Assembly: GCA_965200315.1 (NCBI GenBank)
Contig: OZ241362.1
Coordinates: forward strand, 3,776,001-3,840,000
Source: Candidatus Latescibacterota bacterium
GTDB taxonomy: Bacteria; Latescibacterota; UBA2968; UBA8231
Reading direction: 5' to 3'
Length of the DNA stretch: 64,000 nt
The notes below the pieces were generated by a model, which was not told the origin of the DNA, ran no database searches, and worked only from the letters and a program-made list of their open reading frames with translations. Positions 17,963 through 28,535 of this stretch are shown here, piece by piece. A program made the position numbers and the translations under genes. Each line of letters begins with the position of its first letter. The stretch's first letter is position 1.

Positions 17963-18019
17963 CCTTGTTGCAACGGACCCACTCCTATATGTTCAGGCCC
18001 GCAGCGCATAACTCGGGAG

Positions 18020-18514
18020 ATGAAGCGCATGGTCATCGTACTAATGGGCGTAACGGGCAGTGGTAAGACGACGGTGGGCGAACAGCTCGCCCAACAGCTC
18101 GGATGGGCTTATTACGACGCCGACGACTTCCACCCGGCAGCCAACGTACGCAAAATGGCCAGCGGCACGCCGCTTACCGACGAAGACCGCTGGCCTTGGC
18201 TGGAGACCCTCTCTGCGGCCATCAGTCAATGGCTCCAAGCCGAGCAAGGCGCGATACTCGGCTGCTCGGCGCTCAAGCAGAGATACCGCGATATCTTGGT
18301 TAGCGGGCGGCTCGGCGTGCAGATCGTCCATCTCAAAGGCCCCAAGGCACTCATCGCCCAACGGCTTAAAACGCGCCAGCACCGCTACATGCCGTCCAGC
18401 CTGCTCGACAGCCAGTTTGCAACCCTCGAAGAACCGCACGACGCGCTGAGCGTGGACATCGGCCCTTCGCCCGCAGCCATTGCCGCGACCATCCGCACGG
18501 CCTTAAAGCTCTGA
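18020..18514 (+). CDS. gntK: Gluconokinase (GntK/IdnK type)
   Basis: GVTGSGKT, DADDFHP, PLTDEDRWPWL, CSALK, LDSQFATLEEP. Confidence 0.93.
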   Translation: MKRMVIVLMGVTGSGKTTVGEQLAQQLGWAYYDADDFHPAANVRKMASGTPLTDEDRWPWLETLSAAISQWLQAEQGAILGCSALKQRYRDILVSGRLGVQIVHLKGPKALIAQRLKTRQHRYMPSSLLDSQFATLEEPHDALSVDIGPSPAAIAATIRTALKL

Positions 18515-18527
18515 TTAAGAAGCAGCG

Positions 18528-20216
18528 TCACCCCAAGTACACAAACAAGTACACCGCCAAGAAAATCGTCACCAACAACACGCTGCTACTGATAGGCCAC
18601 GCCCGCGCAAAAACGCCCGTTGGGTCGTGGTAGTGGCGCACCTGATCTATTAGAGCGAAGACCTGTCGCTTGCCCCAAGCGATCAATCCATCCCACAGCG
18701 GCGCACCCACCTGCACACACAACCGCGCTGCGCCAGGCAGCAGCTTGCGGTAGGTCCAGTCCACGTCGATGTTGGCCGAGCGCAGTTCCGGCGGATAGCT
18801 GCCCGTCAGCTTGAGCGCGACAAAGGCCAGCGCCGAAAAGAACAACAACTGGAGCTGTAGGACGATGTGGGTCGCATCGTACGGCTCGTAGGCAACCGGA
18901 TAGGGCAGGAGCTGGTACAGATAGTGCGGGAACGAGCCGATGCCAATGCACAGCGCGGCCCCAATCCCCATTGCCAAGAGCATGTTGCGCGGTGCTTCGC
19001 GGCAGCGGATCCCCGCGTCGTGAGCGAAGAAGGCAAAGAAGGGGATTTTGATGCCGGCGTGGTGGAAGACGCCAGCCGAAGCAAACAGCAACAGCAGCCA
19101 GACCGCGAGGTGTCCCTCGTTGGCCGCAGCCTGCATGACCATCGACTTGCTGACAAAGCCGCTAAAGAGCGGGAAGGCCGAAATCGACGCGGCCCCGACC
19201 ATGCAGAAGCCGCAAGTCCACGGCATGGATTTGTACAGTCCCCCGAGATCCGAGCCGTTGATCCGGCCGGTGCGGTAGAGCACGGCCCCCATCGACATAA
19301 AGAGCAGGCCCTTGAAGAGCACATCGTTGAAGGCGTGGGCCACTGCGCCATTGACGCCCATGCCTGGCCCCAAGCCGACGCCGACGACCATAAAGCCTAT
19401 TTGGTTGATCATGCTGTAGCCCAACACGCGGCGCAGGTCGTTTTCAATAACCGCATAGAAGATGGGGAACATCGCCATGGCCGCGCCGATGTAGAGCAGG
19501 CATTCGGTGCCGGCAAAACTGCGCGCCAACACATAGACCGCGGTCTTGGTGGTAAAGGAGCTTAAAAAAACCGCGCCGGTGGGGGTGGACTCTGGGTAGG
19601 CATCCACTAGCCACGAGTGCAAGAGGGGGAAGGCACATTTAATGCCAACGCCGAAAAAGATCAGCCGCGTGGCCCAGCTATCAATGCCCAGATGCCCCAG
19701 CGCCAAAGAGCCGGTCTGCTGGTAGTGCCACGCTGTGCCGACCAAGAGCAGCAATCCAGAGCTGATGTGGATCAGCAGGTAGCGCGTGCCAGCGGCAATG
19801 GCCCTGTCGCTTTGGTTGGCCCAGATTTGGAAGACCGAGGTAATCGCCAATAGCTCCCAGAAGACGAAGAGCACAATGAGATCGCCGGCAAAGACTGCGC
19901 CCACGGCCGCGCCCGCGTACAGGAAGCCGGTCGCCTGTTGCAGCCGGTCGCGCAGGTGCAGCGAGAAGAGCGCGGCGAGGAAGGCGGCCAAGTGGAAGAG
20001 ATAGCCAAAAAGCAGGCTGAGTTGGTCGACGCGCACCCAGTGCAGCTCGTAGCCGGCTAGCGAGCCGACCTGGCCGGCACCTAACTGGTAGCCGAGGAGA
20101 TTGTAGAATCCAGCCAACGGCAAAAGGAGCAACGCCACTCGCCGCACGGCCAGCGGCAAAAGAGGCAGCAACAGCCCGCCTAACAACAGGAAGGCCGCTG
20201 GGTGCAGGCTAGTCAT
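18528..20216 (-). CDS. Mrp Na+/H+ antiporter MrpD/MrpA-like proton-conducting subunit
   Basis: Hydrophobic; FWELLA, LHSWLVDAYPE, YSMINQIG, PLFSGFVSK. Confidence 0.9.
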   Translation of the reverse strand: MTSLHPAAFLLLGGLLLPLLPLAVRRVALLLLPLAGFYNLLGYQLGAGQVGSLAGYELHWVRVDQLSLLFGYLFHLAAFLAALFSLHLRDRLQQATGFLYAGAAVGAVFAGDLIVLFVFWELLAITSVFQIWANQSDRAIAAGTRYLLIHISSGLLLLVGTAWHYQQTGSLALGHLGIDSWATRLIFFGVGIKCAFPLLHSWLVDAYPESTPTGAVFLSSFTTKTAVYVLARSFAGTECLLYIGAAMAMFPIFYAVIENDLRRVLGYSMINQIGFMVVGVGLGPGMGVNGAVAHAFNDVLFKGLLFMSMGAVLYRTGRINGSDLGGLYKSMPWTCGFCMVGAASISAFPLFSGFVSKSMVMQAAANEGHLAVWLLLLFASAGVFHHAGIKIPFFAFFAHDAGIRCREAPRNMLLAMGIGAALCIGIGSFPHYLYQLLPYPVAYEPYDATHIVLQLQLLFFSALAFVALKLTGSYPPELRSANIDVDWTYRKLLPGAARLCVQVGAPLWDGLIAWGKRQVFALIDQVRHYHDPTGVFARAWPISSSVLLVTIFLAVYLFVYLG

Positions 20217-20469
20217 AGTAATCCTCGCGGCGCATCAGCACCTTGCGCAGCTCGGTAGCCGCCAAAACCAAAAGTACGCAAGCGACAAATCCGTATATCG
20301 CGTAAAAGCCGAACCAGCCCTCAACCGGGAAGACGCCTTCGGCAAAGCTCAAGTGCCGATGGAAGAGCAAGTCCACGCTCAAGAGCAAGGCACAGAGGGC
20401 GAAGAAGATCCATATCAGTCGGAGGACGTTCCGCGGCTGGTCGAACAGGTGTTTTTTTTCTGGAGACAT
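20209..20469 (-). CDS. Small two-TM membrane protein of the mrp operon
   Basis: 86 aa, GFYAIYGFVAC, LMRREDYYD tail, coupled to flanking mrp genes. Confidence 0.75.
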   Translation of the reverse strand: MSPEKKHLFDQPRNVLRLIWIFFALCALLLSVDLLFHRHLSFAEGVFPVEGWFGFYAIYGFVACVLLVLAATELRKVLMRREDYYD

Positions 20470-20473
20470 GGCC

Positions 20474-21925
20474 TTATCCTCCGATCTGGCGGCAGAGGTC
20501 GAGAAGCGGGTCGGGATAGAGGAAGAGCACCAGCCCGCCCAGTGCCGTGCAAAGCAGCGGCAGGACGCAAGCGAGCGGGGCTTCCACGCGGCTTTCCCCG
20601 TCGGGCGCGGCGTAGAAAAAGGCGTTGACGGCCACTGGTAACAGGTAGGCAATGTTGAGCAGCGAGCTTACCAAGAGGACGCCAATGGCCACGTACTGTC
20701 CTGCCTCTAGCCCGGCGAGGATGAGATACCACTTGCTCCAAGCCCCTCCCAGCGGCGGCAAGCCGATGATGCTGAGCGAGCCGATGAGAAAGGCCCCCAT
20801 CGTCCACGGCATTTGCCGGCCAATTCCCTTCATCTCGCTGATCTCGGTCTTGTGCAGGGCCACCGCGATGGCCCCAGCGCAGAAGAAGAGGGTGATCTTG
20901 CCGAAGGCGTGCATGGCGATGTGCAGGCTGCCGCCGAGGATGCCCCAGCTATTGGCTAAGGCCGCGCCGAGCACGATGTAGGAAAGCTGACTGACGGTGG
21001 AATACGCCAAGCGCGCCTTGAGGTTGTCCTGAGTCATGGCGACCAGCGAGCCAATGAGAATCGTGGCGCAAGCGGCGTAGGCCAGATACGTGCCCAAGCC
21101 CGTGTCGGCGAGCAGGTCAATGCCGAAGATATAGACGACCACCTTGAGGATGGTGAAGACGCCGGCCTTGACCACGGCCACCGCGTGTAGCAGGGCGCTA
21201 ACCGGCGCCGGGGCCACCATGGCCGCGGGGAGCCAGCGGTGGAAGGGCATCAGCGCGGCCTTGCCCGTGCCGAAGGCGTAGAGAAAGAGCAAGACGCCGA
21301 GGATCCACGTTGAAGCCTTGCCGACGAGGATGCCCCCCGGGACGAAGTCCAGAGTGCCGGCGAGGTGATAGGTGGCGATCACGCCGGTGAGCAGGAAACC
21401 AATCGAGGTTGCAATCAGGATGCCCAAATAGATGCGGCCTCCAGCTTGGGCCTCCGCACTGCGGTGGTGCGTGACCAGCGGATAGGTCGACAGCGTCAGC
21501 GCCTCGTAAAAGAAGAACAGCGTCAGCATGTTGCCGGCGAATGCCGCGCCCAAGGCAGCGGCGATCGCCAAGGCGAAGAAGGCGAAAAAGCGGGTCTGGT
21601 TTTCCTCGTGGTGCCCCCGCATGTAGCCGATGGAGTACACGGAGGTCGCCATCCACAGTCCAGAGGCGATCAGCGCAAAAAGTGCGCCGAGCGGCTCGAC
21701 CTCAAAGGCTAGGGACAGACCCGGGAAAACCTCTACTATATGCACGGCCGGCCGGGCTCCTGCGGAGACCTTGGGCACCAAGGTACAGACCGTGGCAAAG
21801 GTGCCGAGCGCGGCGAGCAGGGTTGCGGTCTCGCGCAGGTTGGGGCGGCGGCCCAAAAGGGCGATCAACGGCGCAGCACTCAGCGGCAGCAGCACAGCCG
21901 CGATAAGGGCGGTGGGGCCGCTCAT
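20474..21925 (-). CDS. Mrp antiporter MrpD-like subunit
   Basis: FYEALT, FHRWLPAAMVAPAPVSALLHAVAVVK, YSTVSQLSY. Confidence 0.9.
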   Translation of the reverse strand: MSGPTALIAAVLLPLSAAPLIALLGRRPNLRETATLLAALGTFATVCTLVPKVSAGARPAVHIVEVFPGLSLAFEVEPLGALFALIASGLWMATSVYSIGYMRGHHEENQTRFFAFFALAIAAALGAAFAGNMLTLFFFYEALTLSTYPLVTHHRSAEAQAGGRIYLGILIATSIGFLLTGVIATYHLAGTLDFVPGGILVGKASTWILGVLLFLYAFGTGKAALMPFHRWLPAAMVAPAPVSALLHAVAVVKAGVFTILKVVVYIFGIDLLADTGLGTYLAYAACATILIGSLVAMTQDNLKARLAYSTVSQLSYIVLGAALANSWGILGGSLHIAMHAFGKITLFFCAGAIAVALHKTEISEMKGIGRQMPWTMGAFLIGSLSIIGLPPLGGAWSKWYLILAGLEAGQYVAIGVLLVSSLLNIAYLLPVAVNAFFYAAPDGESRVEAPLACVLPLLCTALGGLVLFLYPDPLLDLCRQIGG

Positions 21926-23403
21926 GGCGCAACTCCGAGCAGCCAGTGCGCGGCCTGGCGGGCGACCCCAGCCGTCAGCGAGGTCTGCACCCCCAAGCCA
22001 ACGGTAAGGGCGATGAGCAGCCATACGGGGATCTGCATGGAGCGGGGAGCTTCGGCAACGGGCGCGGCCTCTTCGGGCACCGGGCGGAAATAGGCGATCT
22101 CGACAAAGCGCCAGATATAGACCAGTGCCATGAGCGAACTGACCACCACCAGCGCGGCCACCGGCCACCACCCGCGTTCCAGCGCACCCAAGATCAAGTA
22201 CCACTTGCTGATAAAGCCCACGGTAAACGGCATGCCGACCAGCCCCAAGCCGGCGAGGACAAAGGCGCACGAAGTCAGCGGCAGGCGCTTGCCTAGCCCG
22301 CTGAGGTCGGCCAGTTGCAGGGAGTTGATGCGGAGGAAGATGCAACCAGCGGCCAAGAAGAGCGCCGCCTTCATCAGCGCGTGATTGAACAGGTGGACGA
22401 TGCCGGCCGTCAGCCCAGTGGCCGAGCCTAAGCTAACGCCGAGCATCACATAGCCGATCTGCGCCACGCTCGAATAGGCCAAAAGCCGCTTGAGATCGGT
22501 TTGGTAAATGGCCACGGACGAGGCGACGAAAATGCCCAAGAGCACCAACGGCAAGAGCAGAACATCGAGGTGCATGGTCCCAAAGGCGAAATCCGCGCCA
22601 AAGATCGCGAAGACGAAGCGCAGGAAGGCGTACACTGCGATCTTGGTCGCGGTCGCCGCGATAAAGGCGGTAACGGCTGAAGGAGCATAGGTGTAGGCGT
22701 TGGGCAACCAGATATGCAGCGGGAAAAGCGCCATTTTGAGGGTGAAACCAACGCTTATAAAGGCAAAGGCCGCGTGGATGGTGCGGGTGTGGGCAACGGC
22801 TTTGAGCCGTGCGGCGAGATCGGCCATGTTGAGTGTGCCGGTCATGGCGTACATCAGGCCGATGCCGATCAAGACAAAGGTCGCGCCGATAGTGCCCAAG
22901 ATCAGGTAGTTATAGGTCGCCATAAGGGCGCGGCGATCCCGGCCGAGGCTGATCAGCCCATACGCCGAAAGCGACGCGATCTCCATAAACACGAAGACGT
23001 TAAAGGCGTCGCCGGTGATGGCAATGCCCAGCAAGCCCGCTAGACAAAGCAGGAAGAGCGCGCAGAAATGCGGGCGGCGGGCGGCGGCGACTTCGCGCGC
23101 GGCACTCGCTGGCGCGTAGGTCAGGACCACGGCGCCAATCAGTGCCACCAGCAGGAGCAAATACGCATTGAGGACATCTACTCGGAACTCGATACCCCAA
23201 GGTGCGCTCCAGCCTCCCAAGGCATAGGAGATGGGGCCGGAGGAGAGGATGTGACTCAATAGCAGCGCGGCCAGCACCAGCGTACCCCAGCCGACAGCCA
23301 CGACGAACGGCCATAGCAAGCGCTGCGGACGCAGCAATAGGCAAAGAGGCGCAGCGACCAGCGGCAAGACGATCTGTAGGGCGGGTAGATGAGCGGCGAT
23401 CAC
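21922..23403 (-). CDS. mrpD: Mrp antiporter subunit D
   Basis: DAFNVFVFMEI, LHIWLPNAY, LLAYSSVAQIGY, GFISKW. Confidence 0.92.
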   Translation of the reverse strand: MIAAHLPALQIVLPLVAAPLCLLLRPQRLLWPFVVAVGWGTLVLAALLLSHILSSGPISYALGGWSAPWGIEFRVDVLNAYLLLLVALIGAVVLTYAPASAAREVAAARRPHFCALFLLCLAGLLGIAITGDAFNVFVFMEIASLSAYGLISLGRDRRALMATYNYLILGTIGATFVLIGIGLMYAMTGTLNMADLAARLKAVAHTRTIHAAFAFISVGFTLKMALFPLHIWLPNAYTYAPSAVTAFIAATATKIAVYAFLRFVFAIFGADFAFGTMHLDVLLLPLVLLGIFVASSVAIYQTDLKRLLAYSSVAQIGYVMLGVSLGSATGLTAGIVHLFNHALMKAALFLAAGCIFLRINSLQLADLSGLGKRLPLTSCAFVLAGLGLVGMPFTVGFISKWYLILGALERGWWPVAALVVVSSLMALVYIWRFVEIAYFRPVPEEAAPVAEAPRSMQIPVWLLIALTVGLGVQTSLTAGVARQAAHWLLGVAP

Positions 23404-23756
23404 GACTCATCTTCCCGGCGTTGGATTTCGTCTTCTTCGATGGTTCCGTAGGCCGCGCGAATGCGCACCACCAGTGCCAATCCCACGGCGGTAGTGGCGA
23501 TGCCGACGACGATGGCGGTGAGGATAAGGACGTGGGGTAGTGGGTTGGAGTACGTCGTCGCGCCTTCGGCGAGGATGGGCGCGGTCCCCCCCTTGACCTT
23601 GCCTAGGCTAATGTAGAGCAAAAAGACCGAGGTCTGGAAGATATTGAGGCCGACCAGCTTCCTGAGTAGATTGCCGCGGGCGATGACGTTGTAGAAACCG
23701 GCCATCATCAGGAAAATGACGATCCAGTAGTTGTACAGACCGAGGAACGAACTCAT
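23400..23756 (-). CDS. mrpC: Mrp antiporter subunit C
   Basis: NPLPHVLILTAIVVG. Confidence 0.93.
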   Translation of the reverse strand: MSSFLGLYNYWIVIFLMMAGFYNVIARGNLLRKLVGLNIFQTSVFLLYISLGKVKGGTAPILAEGATTYSNPLPHVLILTAIVVGIATTAVGLALVVRIRAAYGTIEEDEIQRREDES

Positions 23757-24736
23757 GGTCGCCCCCGACCGGCGAAGTGGCAGAAGATGCTGATTACCAC
23801 AGCGGCGACGGTAATGCCAACCCCTAGCTCAATCAGCAAGATGCCGTAGTGCTCGCCGCTAGTAGGCTCGCTGGCCAGCACCTTGTATTCGAGGAAATTG
23901 CCCCCGGCCAACAGGCAGGCCAAGCCCGTGCCGATGTAGAGCAGCAGCCCCAAGGCGAAAAAGACTTGGACGCGACCAGTAGGGGCCACCCGGCGCGCCT
24001 GCTCGACCCCGTAGATCAGGGCGTAGAGGATAAAGGCCGCGGCAAAGATCACGCCCGCTTGAAAACCGCCACCCGGACCGAAGTCGCCGTGGAACTGCAC
24101 GTAGAGGGCAAAGAGCAGAATCAGCGGGATGAAGAGCTTGGAGACGACGCGGAGGATCATCGCGTGGCGCATAGACTCGCTGTCGTCGGCTGCCGGCGCG
24201 GAACGGCTGCCGGACAAAAGCAAGAGCACCGCCAACCCGGCTGTGAAGATCACCGTCACCTCGCCCAAGGTGTCGTAGCCCCGGTAGCTAGCCAGTACGG
24301 AGGTGACCATGTTGGGTACGCCGATTTCCGCGGGAGACTCATTGATATAGCGGGGAGCTACGTGCTGGTGGATTGGGGCCGCCGGGTCGCCAAAGCGCGG
24401 CAGGTCCAAGGTGCCATAGACGAGCGCACCGCCGGTCAGGAGACAGACGCAGAGGCCGCTCCAGCTCAGTCGAGTCGCATGCTTGGAGCGGATTTTTTCC
24501 ACCGGCCCGGTTGAGGAGAGCGCGGCCAGAAAGAGCACCGTTGCCAAGCCGGCACCCACCGCCGCTTCGGTAAAAGCCACATCGACCGCGTCGAGGGTGG
24601 TAAAGATACAGGCCGAGAGCAGGCTGAAGATGCCGGTGAGCACCACCGCGGCAAAAAGGTCTCGCACTTGGATGATGGCCACGGCGATGATGGCGAGGAA
24701 CGTCAGCAGCGCGATGTTTACTAGTTCGATAGTCAC
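23753..24736 (-). CDS. mrpB: Mrp antiporter DUF4040-MrpB fusion
   Basis: DVAFTEAAVGAG, NMVTSVLASYRGYDTLGE, HGDFGPGGGFQAG. Confidence 0.9.
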   Translation of the reverse strand: MTIELVNIALLTFLAIIAVAIIQVRDLFAAVVLTGIFSLLSACIFTTLDAVDVAFTEAAVGAGLATVLFLAALSSTGPVEKIRSKHATRLSWSGLCVCLLTGGALVYGTLDLPRFGDPAAPIHQHVAPRYINESPAEIGVPNMVTSVLASYRGYDTLGEVTVIFTAGLAVLLLLSGSRSAPAADDSESMRHAMILRVVSKLFIPLILLFALYVQFHGDFGPGGGFQAGVIFAAAFILYALIYGVEQARRVAPTGRVQVFFALGLLLYIGTGLACLLAGGNFLEYKVLASEPTSGEHYGILLIELGVGITVAAVVISIFCHFAGRGRP

Positions 24737-25047
24737 TGTTTTTCCGCCGTGCCTTGAGGCACGAGCCCACTGTGCCGCGCCGCCCGGGCAATGGCGTGGG
24801 TGGCGACGGGGCTGGCCAGCAGCAGGAAGAGCGCGATCATCACCAGCTTGATGGTCGCCAGCGACAAGCCGCTCTGGAACATAAGCCCCAAGAGGACTAG
24901 ACTGGCGCCCAGCGTATCGGTGACACCGCCGCCGTGTAGGCGGCTGTAGAAGTCGGGCAGCCTCAGGAGGCCCAAGCCGCCGACGAAGCAAAAGCCGGCC
25001 CCCAACAGCAGACAGGCCCAGCTAGCATAGTAGAGCAGTGCTTCCAT
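24733..25047 (-). CDS. mrpG: Mrp antiporter subunit G
   Basis: GLLRLPDFYSRLH, PVATHAIARAA. Confidence 0.92.
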   Translation of the reverse strand: MEALLYYASWACLLLGAGFCFVGGLGLLRLPDFYSRLHGGGVTDTLGASLVLLGLMFQSGLSLATIKLVMIALFLLLASPVATHAIARAARHSGLVPQGTAEKQ

Positions 25048-25313
25048 CAGGCTTGGGCTTCCTCCTCACCGACAGTCGATACGTATTTGAGGATGGCGAT
25101 GGTGCCGATGAAATTGATTAGCGCATAGACCAGCCCCAAATCGAGGAAATCGGGCCGGCCAGTCAAAAAGCCGATGACCGACAAAAGCAACACGGTCTTG
25201 GTGCCAAACATGTTGACGGCGAGCACGCGGTCGTACACGGTGGGTCCCTTCAGGGCGCGGACCAAGGCCAGCAACATAGTGGCTAACACCCCTACCATCG
25301 CAGCGGCGAACAC
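25047..25313 (-). CDS. mrpF: Mrp antiporter subunit F
   Basis: KGPTVYDRVLA. Confidence 0.92.
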   Translation of the reverse strand: MFAAAMVGVLATMLLALVRALKGPTVYDRVLAVNMFGTKTVLLLSVIGFLTGRPDFLDLGLVYALINFIGTIAILKYVSTVGEEEAQA

Positions 25314-25801
25314 TAGTGCTCCCCCTCCAAGTCGGTTACGCGGCCATCCATGTCCCCAGAGCGCACGTCCTCGGCAGTTTCGCGGGTCAAGGCGTGGACA
25401 TCAATGATGCCTTCGTCGGTCTCAACGGCGACCGTGCCCGGCGTCAGGGTGATGGAGTTGGCGTAGATGACTTGTCCCAAGTGGGTCTTTTGGCTCGCCT
25501 CAACTCGGATTACGCGGGGCGACATCGGCAGCCGAGGATGCAATATCCGCCGGGCGACATCGATATTGGCTTTGGTTATCGCCCAGAGGAGCCAAGGTAT
25601 ATAGCGCATCATGCCGAGAGCCAGATGGATGGGATGCCCTTCGGGATCGACTATCTGCATGCGGCGGCAGACGGCGACGACCCCAAGGCAAGAGAGCACG
25701 CCCAAGCCCAAGAGCAGAGCCGTGTAAATGCCCGACAAAAGCAGCCAGATCAAAAACAGCAGGACGAAAAGACTAAGCGTTCTACGCAGCGTGTTCGGCA
25801 A
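25313..25801 (-). CDS. mrpE: Mrp antiporter subunit E
   Basis: ANSITLTPGT, VHAL; start codon uncertain. Confidence 0.9.
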   Translation of the reverse strand: MPNTLRRTLSLFVLLFLIWLLLSGIYTALLLGLGVLSCLGVVAVCRRMQIVDPEGHPIHLALGMMRYIPWLLWAITKANIDVARRILHPRLPMSPRVIRVEASQKTHLGQVIYANSITLTPGTVAVETDEGIIDVHALTRETAEDVRSGDMDGRVTDLEGEH

Positions 25802-25921
25802 AATAGGCCTCAATTCTTCTTGCAACGAGCGGACATAATTTCTGCATTTGCAGGTTTGGATGCAAGCTGTTGGGCGGCGCACCAGTAACCAATTTCAGAG
25901 GCGTTTATCATCTTGATACGC

Positions 25922-26716
25922 TCAGCGATCGACGACCCAGTACGTCGCTCCGATCTCTTTTGCACCTGCGTACGGCTGGCCGTCGTGGGTGCCAAAAAGC
26001 TGCCAGCGGCTAAATCCTGCTAGGCGCAGCAATAGCTGAAACTCTTCTTTGTAGATCCACCGCGCCGTCATGGACTCTACCGCTGTTTCTCCGTCGTAGG
26101 CAAAAAACCACTGATAGTGCTCAGTCTGCTCGCCCAGATCGACGGTCTTTTTGAACCGGACGCTGATTTGGCGACCTGTTTGGGGATGGGGAAATTCGCC
26201 GAAGGCCTCCAGCGACGGGGACGGCCTGACGTGAACCAGCAGATCATCGGCGAGCGACGGGATGTAGAAGTTCATCAGTAGCCGCCCGTTAGGCACCAGA
26301 TGGGCGCGGATGCGTTCGAGACAAGTGATTTGGGCTGCTTGGCTGGGCAAGAGCATGAACGAGCTGGCCGGAATTAGGATAGCCGCAAAGGATTGATCGT
26401 AGCAGAAATCAATTAGGTCCTGACAGCAGACGCGGCGGTCAATATCGTCCAGCCCCAGAGTCGCTGCCTTGCGCCGCAAAACGGCCAGCATCCCTGCGGC
26501 GCAGTCGAAACCCCTGATGTCAACGCCTTGGCGCAAAAGGCGGAGCAGAATCGAACCAGTACCACAAGCTGCTTCGAGGACCGGGCCCGCCTCTCCGGCG
26601 AGCTGCATGCTGTAGAATTGGAACTCGCGCTCGTGCGTCTGCTGCCTGTCGCCCCGCTCGTTCCACTGGTCGTATATCAGCGGCCACCAGGGATTGTCGT
26701 AATTGGCGTCAGTCAC
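25922..26716 (-). CDS. Class I SAM-dependent methyltransferase
   Basis: VLEAACGTG motif I, HLVPNGRL. Confidence 0.85.
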   Translation of the reverse strand: MTDANYDNPWWPLIYDQWNERGDRQQTHEREFQFYSMQLAGEAGPVLEAACGTGSILLRLLRQGVDIRGFDCAAGMLAVLRRKAATLGLDDIDRRVCCQDLIDFCYDQSFAAILIPASSFMLLPSQAAQITCLERIRAHLVPNGRLLMNFYIPSLADDLLVHVRPSPSLEAFGEFPHPQTGRQISVRFKKTVDLGEQTEHYQWFFAYDGETAVESMTARWIYKEEFQLLLRLAGFSRWQLFGTHDGQPYAGAKEIGATYWVVDR

Positions 26717-26881
26717 AAGTGCAGGGCCTCCATTGGGTCGCGGCGCGGTCGGCTGCTTGCCCCATCGCCCGGCAAGGGACAATTTCTTGTTTCATGCGCT
26801 AACCGCTAGCGCCCATTCAATAAAGGGATGATGATAGGCACTAATCGCGAAAAAGTGCAACACCAGCAAAGGGAAAACGCC

Positions 26882-27622
26882 GTGGACGCTCAACAACAGT
26901 ACCTCTTCGACCTACAGGGCTACATCGTACTCAAGGGCGTCGTGCCCTCAGCAGTGGTCGCCGCCTGCAATCAGGTTCTGGACCGCTTCGAGACCATGGA
27001 CGAGGCCGATTATCCACCGCCGCTGTGTTTGGGCGACCAGCGCACACAGCAGAACCTCTATATTTCAAACATTCTCGAAGGCGACGAAGTCTTCCGCGCG
27101 TTGATTGATATCCCCGCCGTCTTAGACGTCGTCGCCACCGTCACCGGGGGGCCATACCGACTCAACCACACCTATGCGATCTATCGCTGGGGCGGCTACA
27201 CTGGCCTGCACATGCACGGTACGCCCATCATTCCCAAGTGTCAGTATCACTGCCGCAACGGGCAGATGGTTTCGACCCTAACCAAGGCGGTCTTTCCCCT
27301 GCTCGATTGCGCCGAGCAAGACGGCTGTTTCGCCGTGATCCCCGGGGCTCACAAAAGCAACTTTCCTAGGCCCTGGGGCCATCATCCAGACGAAAATCCG
27401 GCGCTGCAAGCCGTGCCAGCCGCCGCCGGGGACGCTATCATCTTTACCGAGGCGTTGACCCACGGCTCGCTGGTCAATACTTCCGATCGCCCTCGCCGGA
27501 CCCTATATTATTGCTACAGCACGGGATATATGCCCGACTGGGGCGGACAGCACCTGCGCTTCAGCAACGAAATCTACGAGGCATTGCCCGAGCAACAGCG
27601 CGAAATACTCAGGCTAAAATGA
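26882..27622 (+). CDS. PhyH-family dioxygenase
   Basis: YLFDLQGY, GLHMHG, IPGAHKSNF, FTEALTHG, RRTL. Confidence 0.85.
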   Translation: MDAQQQYLFDLQGYIVLKGVVPSAVVAACNQVLDRFETMDEADYPPPLCLGDQRTQQNLYISNILEGDEVFRALIDIPAVLDVVATVTGGPYRLNHTYAIYRWGGYTGLHMHGTPIIPKCQYHCRNGQMVSTLTKAVFPLLDCAEQDGCFAVIPGAHKSNFPRPWGHHPDENPALQAVPAAAGDAIIFTEALTHGSLVNTSDRPRRTLYYCYSTGYMPDWGGQHLRFSNEIYEALPEQQREILRLK

Positions 27623-27629
27623 CGGAGAA

Positions 27630-28511
27630 ATGGTCATGCTGACTCAGGAACAAATCGCCAGCTACCAAGAAAAGGGCTACCTCGGCGTTGAGGGGGTACT
27701 AGACTCAGGGGAGGTCGAGGCGCTGCGGCAGGTCACCGACGAGTTCGTGGCCCAGTCGCGGGCCGCGATCGCAAGCGATGCCGTATTCGACTTGGAGCCG
27801 GGGCACGCGCCCGACAGCCCCAAGCTGCGGCGGCTCAAAAGCCCGGTCGCCCAGCACGAGATTTACCGCAGTATGCTGCGCCACGAGCGGATTGTGGCCA
27901 TTGTCGCCCAGTTGATCGGCCCGCGCATCCGCACCAACGGCGACAAGCTCAACATGAAATCCGGCGAGTTCGGCAGTCCGGTGGAGTGGCACCAAGACTG
28001 GGCCTTTTATCCGCACACCAACGACGACCTGCTCGCCGTGGGCGTGTGCATCGACGATATGAACGAGACAAACGGCTGCTTACTCGTCATCCCTCGGTCG
28101 CACAAAGGACCGATCTACAACCACCACCTCGACGGTCATTTCGCCGGCGCAGTGACCGCGACGGATTTCGACGACTCCGCGGCCGAAAAGGTCGAACTAA
28201 AAGCTGGCGGCATCTCCATCCACCACGTCCGCGCCCTGCACGCCTCCCTGCCCAACATCTCGCCCCATCCGCGCCGGCTGCTGCTCTTGCAGTATTGCGC
28301 TGGCGACTCTTGGCCCTTGGTGCCGGCGACCGATTGGGAGGGCTATTGCCGAAGCTTTGTGCGCGGCGAGCCGAGCCGCCACATCCGCGTTGCCGACGTG
28401 CCCGTGAGTATGCCGATGCCCGCAGCCAAGGTCGGCGGCTCCATCTACGCCACCCAGACCGTATTGCGCCAATCGACCTTCGGATCGGCGAAAGCCGCGC
28501 AGCCCACCTAA
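27630..28511 (+). CDS. PhyH-family dioxygenase
   Basis: KLNMK...WHQD, IHHVRALHAS; similar to the 6871-7767 protein. Confidence 0.9.
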   Translation: MVMLTQEQIASYQEKGYLGVEGVLDSGEVEALRQVTDEFVAQSRAAIASDAVFDLEPGHAPDSPKLRRLKSPVAQHEIYRSMLRHERIVAIVAQLIGPRIRTNGDKLNMKSGEFGSPVEWHQDWAFYPHTNDDLLAVGVCIDDMNETNGCLLVIPRSHKGPIYNHHLDGHFAGAVTATDFDDSAAEKVELKAGGISIHHVRALHASLPNISPHPRRLLLLQYCAGDSWPLVPATDWEGYCRSFVRGEPSRHIRVADVPVSMPMPAAKVGGSIYATQTVLRQSTFGSAKAAQPT

Positions 28512-28535
28512 CACTACGCACGGCGCGTTGCGCCC

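Noticed and set aside
18528-25801. Mrp operon with three MrpD-like subunits and no full-length MrpA as a novelty
   Set aside because: The mrpEFGBCDDD arrangement is an already described Mrp variant
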